A stretch of DNA of 64,000 nucleotides from assembly GCA_013001465.1 (NCBI GenBank), contig JABDMM010000076.1, forward strand, positions 97-64,096, read 5' to 3'. The stretch is from Chitinophagales bacterium (GTDB lineage: Bacteria; Bacteroidota; Bacteroidia; Chitinophagales; JABDMM01). Of the stretch, positions 60,701 to 64,000 are shown in pieces. Below the pieces are notes generated by a model. That model was not told where the DNA came from, did not search any database, and saw only the letters and a list, made by a program, of their open reading frames with translations. Position 1 is the stretch's first letter; each line of letters starts with the position of its first letter. The position numbers were made by a program, and so were the translations under genes.

Positions 60701-60971
60701 CCGCAAAAGCGGTGGACAAGGCGGACATAAAGTTGATCGTCACCGGTACCATCTCAACATCACCAAAAGCAAAGAAGGTAAACACTCTACCTAACATTAG
60801 GAAAAATGGTGCTCCAGGAGGGTGTACCACTTCGAGCTTATAGGCTCCAGCAATAAACTCACCACAATCCCAGAAACTGGTGTTAGATTCCATTGTTGAC
60901 GAGTAGACGAAAAGAGCAATTGCAAATACAATCCACCCAACAATGTTGTTTAACTTTTTAAATTGATCCAT
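57786..60971 (-). CDS. DUF2723 multi-pass membrane protein (TMEM260-like putative glycosyltransferase)
   Basis: SFWDCGEF, HPPGAP, EGEVYA, REQYG, RERDY and GDNDTYPLWY motifs. Confidence 0.88.
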   Translation of the reverse strand: MDQFKKLNNIVGWIVFAIALFVYSSTMESNTSFWDCGEFIAGAYKLEVVHPPGAPFFLMLGRVFTFFAFGDVEMVPVTINFMSALSTAFAVLFLFWSFTLLATRFFFEDKDYSKPKMVAILGAGFVGAMACTFLDSLWFSAAEGEVYAMSIGLMAFVLWAILRWEASDDEYADKWLILIGFVIGLSTGVHLLSLLVLPIAGAVIYFKHFKPSAWGFFVSQVISFAFIGVIMKVIISGIAGLASTFELWFVNGMNLPFYSGVVVTMILIIIGLTAAAWFTHKKGKPTWNTVVMAMIYIIIGFSSYTMVPIRSAANPPINMNKPTDPFSLQSYLNREQYGDRPLTKGPIYIAEPSRYDISEVVDKKKKYARVGDKYEVVDITKEYVWKDDVVMPFPRLGFWQEQRHTRAYRRIIEPDYNVIDRGRNNAIVKRYKNNQFQQAQNYVNTMNQENPGRYSIRDDISFKDNVAFFINYQLGYMYVRYFMWNFSGRQNDFQGAYYNDDGGWISGIKFIDDNITFGGNPVLKQDNLPRDRKNNDATNKFFMIPFILGLIGMVYQVQKSKRGFAIVMLLFLVTGILQLVYHNQPPIEPRERDYVLAGSFYAYTIWIGFAVLAMFEFFKKHMPSMAGAGLAIGLGVIAPILMGSQGWDDHDRSPRFIARDFANNYLESCAPNAILFTQGDNDTYPLWYAQEVEGIRTDIRIVNLSLLGVDWYIDQLRYKMNDGEPIKLTFDQDQVIASKRNIIQFTKNKNIDHTKTYELKDIMSFIASEDRKNKVTVGRSLDNYLPTKNFKVTIDKQKVMQEEWVQREDFSLIQDAVQWSLKGGKNNLLKNDLITLDILANNLQDRPIYFAVSVSPDAYLGLQKYFQLEGLAYRIVPVINPSGQAPNCPVYTDVMYDNMMNEFSWGKIDDLNHHVHIDENISRMAMNMRNNFIRLANACAAEGKNEMAIAALDRCIEALPKERIPFNIYNSGIPEIYYRVGNKERAREFIETLADVADENFIYLSKLDQSELSLEIQRLQSNYAMLRELDRVANIYDTPEGKPTIIADLMQQYRQQFPGIG

Positions 60972-60999
60972 AGATATATTTTTGACGAAATCGAGGCCG

Positions 61000-61007
61000 C
61001 AAAGTTA
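61000..61007 (-). promoter_or_regulatory. Bacteroidetes -7 element (TAACTTTG) for the DUF2723 gene
   Basis: TAnnTTTG match about 30 bp upstream of the ATG. Confidence 0.6.
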
Positions 61008-61051
61008 TAAAAATTGGCCACAATCTTAGGTTAAAAAACGTTAAGCACAAG

Positions 61052-61858
61052 CTATTCCTTCAATTTCTTATTCAGCATTTTACGAAAAAGTTTTTCCTTC
61101 CATCTATCCGGCAATTTTCCAAACCATCTCAGCTTCTTGTCTATATTAACTTTATAAATGTTCGCCGGATCTGCAGTTTCAAATATTTGACGAACTTTAA
61201 CTGCGATATCTTTAGGATCTGATGGATCAGGAGCCAACTCATTTGTAAGCTCTGGAATCAAGTCCAGATATTTCTTGAATATTGAATTCTCGCTTCCATT
61301 TACCGGATTTTTAGAATCCTCGAATAAGGAAGTTTGATGCGCTCCTGGTCTGATAATAATGAGATCGTGTCCCAATAATTTTAGTTCTTGCCTGATAACA
61401 TTGCATAATCCTTCAAGGCAATACTTCGAATATGCATAAAGGCCAAAAGGCGACAAAAGATCAACCGACTCGCTGCTGATGACAACAATTTTGGAAGATG
61501 GTGCCAGCAGAGGTAGAAAGATCTGGATCACTCTTTGTAACCCTAAGGCGTTTACATTTAAAATGTTGTGTAAACGGCTATCATCACACTCGACGAAAGG
61601 AAACATATCAAAAACGCCGGCAGAATATACAATTCCATGAATTTTATCTCCAGCCTGTTTCATTTTATTACTGAGGTCCTGGATCTGGGAAACCCTTGTC
61701 ACATCCATTTTCACCGTTTTAACTTTTACTTTTTGAAGTGTACTTAGCTCTTCTTGAATATCTGTTGCTATGATCCTATAGCCCCTATTCCAAAGCTCTT
61801 CAGCGATGGATCTTCCGATTCCTCCGCCTGCACCTGTAATTAGAATTTGCTTTTCCAC
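61052..61858 (-). CDS. Short-chain dehydrogenase/reductase
   Basis: ITGAGGGIG, YAYSK (YxxxK) and IRPG motifs. Confidence 0.88.
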   Translation of the reverse strand: MEKQILITGAGGGIGRSIAEELWNRGYRIIATDIQEELSTLQKVKVKTVKMDVTRVSQIQDLSNKMKQAGDKIHGIVYSAGVFDMFPFVECDDSRLHNILNVNALGLQRVIQIFLPLLAPSSKIVVISSESVDLLSPFGLYAYSKYCLEGLCNVIRQELKLLGHDLIIIRPGAHQTSLFEDSKNPVNGSENSIFKKYLDLIPELTNELAPDPSDPKDIAVKVRQIFETADPANIYKVNIDKKLRWFGKLPDRWKEKLFRKMLNKKLKE

Positions 61859-61942
61859 TTAGCAAATCTAAATGATTTTAGATTTGAGGATGAAACTCCA
61901 GGATTAGTGTTTACGAAAAGATCGCTAAAGCTGAAATTTACA

Positions 61943-61974
61943 TTTGTTTATCTCCAATTGAATCTATAGTTTTG
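61943..61974 (+). promoter_or_regulatory. Bacteroidetes primary-sigma promoter for tRNA-Gln
   Basis: TTTG (61943-61946), a 20-nt spacer, then TAGTTTTG (61967-61974). Confidence 0.7.
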
Positions 61975-61986
61975 CATTCTTCTGTT

Positions 61987-62059
61987 TGGCCCATGGTGTA
62001 ACTGGCAACACGTTTGATTTTGGTTCAAAAGAGTCCAGGTTCGAGCCCTGGTGGGCCAA
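61987..62059 (+). tRNA. tRNA-Gln(TTG)
   Basis: Acceptor stem tggccca/tgggcca, anticodon arm tttga-ttTTGgt-tcaaa, T arm ccagg-ttcgagc-cctgg. CCA is not fully encoded. Confidence 0.96.
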
Positions 62060-62167
62060 CAGCTTTTTTTTCTTCTGCCGCTCGAGCTGTTATTCTAATG
62101 ATTATTCCTCAAAATATGGATTACAGATTTATAGCTTCTGTAATTCATATATTCAGATTGAATTCCC

Positions 62168-62175
62168 TATCTTTG
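62168..62175 (+). promoter_or_regulatory. -7 element (TATCTTTG) for prs-rplY-pth
   Basis: TAnnTTTG match 25 bp upstream of prs. Confidence 0.6.
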
Positions 62176-62200
62176 CAGTCCATTTTTCAGACCTGATTTT

Positions 62201-63148
62201 ATGCTAGTTGCAGATGTAAAATTATTTAGTGGTAGTTCTTCCAAATATTTATCGGAAGGTATTGCTGATTACTACGGACAACCGCTCGGTAATCTTAAAG
62301 TACAGAAGTTTGCGGACGGTGAGTTTCAGCCGATTATCATTGAATCTGTTCGAGGAACTTTTGTGTTTATAATTCAATCAACGATAGCTCCTTCGGATAA
62401 TTTAATGGAGTTGCTAATGCTGATCGATGCTGCGAAACGAGCTTCCGCTACCTATATAACCGCAGTAATTCCTTATTACGGATATGCGCGTCAAGACAGA
62501 AAAGACCAACCAAGAGTAGCTATCGCTTCTAAGTTGGTTGCAAACCTTCTCGTCGCCTCGGGTGCCGACAGAGTCATGACTATGGATCTTCATGCTGATC
62601 AGATCCAGGGATTTTTCGATATTCCTGTAGATCACTTACATAGCTCTGCGATATTTATCCCTTATCTGGAAAACAAGTCTTTTGAAAATCTCACTTTTGC
62701 TTCTCCTGATGTTGGAAGTACTAAAAGAGCAAGAGCATATGCGAAATACTTCAATGCAGGACTTGTTATTTGTGATAAATACAGAGAGAAAGCAAATGAA
62801 GTTGCTGAAATGAATGTGATCGGAAATGTTGAAGGACAGGATGTAGTTCTTGTCGATGATATTGTGGACACTGCAAATACCTTATGCAACGCCGCAAATA
62901 AGATCATGGAAAAAGGTGCGAAAAGCGTTACTGCAGTTTGTACACACGCTGTTCTTTCCGGCAGTGCACTTGAAAATATTGAAAAATCTATGCTATCAGA
63001 ATTGGTAGTTACAAATACGATCCCTTTAAAAAAGGAATCCAGCAAGATTAAAGTACTCTCGGTTGCTAAGTTATTCGCAAAAGCGATCAGGCATACGCAC
63101 GAGTATAAATCGATTAACTCATTATTTATTGGTTCACAAGTTTTTTAA
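62201..63148 (+). CDS. prs: Ribose-phosphate pyrophosphokinase
   Basis: FADGE, PYYGYARQDRK, DLHADQIQGFF and VDDIVDTANT motifs. Confidence 0.97.
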   Translation: MLVADVKLFSGSSSKYLSEGIADYYGQPLGNLKVQKFADGEFQPIIIESVRGTFVFIIQSTIAPSDNLMELLMLIDAAKRASATYITAVIPYYGYARQDRKDQPRVAIASKLVANLLVASGADRVMTMDLHADQIQGFFDIPVDHLHSSAIFIPYLENKSFENLTFASPDVGSTKRARAYAKYFNAGLVICDKYREKANEVAEMNVIGNVEGQDVVLVDDIVDTANTLCNAANKIMEKGAKSVTAVCTHAVLSGSALENIEKSMLSELVVTNTIPLKKESSKIKVLSVAKLFAKAIRHTHEYKSINSLFIGSQVF

Positions 63149-63159
63149 AAAGATAAAAG

Positions 63160-63825
63160 ATGAATAGTATTCAGCTGAAAGGAAATAAAAGATCAGCAAC
63201 CGGAAAAAAAGCATCTACTCATGCAAGAAGAGCTGATATGGTTCCTTGCGTATTGTATGGTGGTGAAAATGTTGTAGAGTTTGAATCAGAATACAATGCA
63301 TTCAGGCATCTCATTTATACAGATAAGTTCTACCGAGTGGAATTAGAAATAGAAGGGAATAAGTACGAAGCTATGGTAAAGGATGTTCAGTTTGATCCTA
63401 TTACCGATAAGATAGTACATGTCGACTTTCAGGAACTTTCGGGTGATCGTGTTGTCAAAGCCGAGATTCCTGTAAAGCTCACAGGATTTTCTGCAGGAGT
63501 TCAGGAAGGTGGTAAACTTATGTTGAAAATGAGAAAACTCGCTTTAAAAGCATACCCACAAGATATTCCGGATGATATTACACTTGATGTAACCGACCTT
63601 GAGCTCGGAAAATCGATCAGAGTTAGAGACATTTCAGTTCCTAATTGCCAGATCATGAATTCAGCAGGCAACCCGGTTGCATCCGTTGTTATTCCTAGAG
63701 TTCTTAAAGCTGAGCCTGGAGAAATTGGGGCTGATGGACAAATTGTACCGGAAGAAGGTGCAGCTATTGGAGAAGGTGAAGGCGATGGTGATGGAGGTGA
63801 GGCTAAAGAAGGAGGAGAAGGATAA
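63160..63825 (+). CDS. rplY: 50S ribosomal protein L25/general stress protein Ctc
   Basis: VPCVLYG, VQFDP...HVDF and GV.EGG motifs; acidic tail; prs-rplY-pth synteny. Confidence 0.94.
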   Translation: MNSIQLKGNKRSATGKKASTHARRADMVPCVLYGGENVVEFESEYNAFRHLIYTDKFYRVELEIEGNKYEAMVKDVQFDPITDKIVHVDFQELSGDRVVKAEIPVKLTGFSAGVQEGGKLMLKMRKLALKAYPQDIPDDITLDVTDLELGKSIRVRDISVPNCQIMNSAGNPVASVVIPRVLKAEPGEIGADGQIVPEEGAAIGEGEGDGDGGEAKEGGEG

Positions 63826-63836
63826 TCTGATCTTTC

Positions 63837-64000
63837 GTGAAATATCTAATTGCAGGTTTAGGAAATATAGGAGAGGAATATATGCATACCCGACATAATA
63901 TTGGGTTTGACATCTTAGATACACTCGCAGAAAATGAAGGCGTTCAATTCAAAGTTGAACGCCTTGCTTTTTATACCAAATTCAACTACAAAGGAAGGCA
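63837..64000 (+). CDS. pth: Peptidyl-tRNA hydrolase (3'-truncated; absent from the ORF track)
   Basis: GTG start; translates as [28 protein letters not shown]... Confidence 0.93.
   Translation, partial: MKYLIAGLGNIGEEYMHTRHNIGFDILDTLAENEGVQFKVERLAFYTKFNYKGR

Noticed and set aside
62059-62200. Possible integrative element at the tRNA-Gln 3' end
   Set aside because: No integrase and no duplicated tRNA 3' end were seen; the housekeeping prs-rplY-pth genes follow directly.
61986-62207. Short ORFs 61986..62207 and 62014..62196
   Set aside because: They overlap tRNA-Gln and the prs promoter.

Overview
AT-rich chromosomal window from a Bacteroidota bacterium. Evidence for that placement: TAnnTTTG promoters, T9SS cargo proteins, SprB repeats, DUF2723 and typical synteny. 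The window opens inside a giant (>3310 aa, 5'-truncated) SprB-repeat surface protein with about 26 repeats of a 78-aa unit, followed by IgGFc-binding-like, DUF11-like, F5/8-C, HYR-like, Cys/Asp and PKD-like modules. No T9SS sorting domain is recognisable at its C-terminus. The rest is mostly housekeeping and envelope genes: lpxK, NIF3, murB, proS, folA, thyA, rmuC, aroE, rlmB, tRNA-Gln, prs, rplY and pth. There are also several accessory modules: a Rieske-fused FMN glutamate-synthase-like protein, a Tyr/Pro-rich protein paired with a FadL-like porin, a comA-like/DUF368 operon, and three sulfotransferases with a GT2. I saw no CRISPR array, transposase, integrase or prophage. The best unexplained signals are a candidate ~180-nt structured RNA at 34004-34200 (minus strand), a second structured intergenic interval at ~41590-41730, sigma54-like promoters, CGATCG enrichment and the CTD-less adhesin. 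All calls come from reading the sequence by eye; no searches were run.
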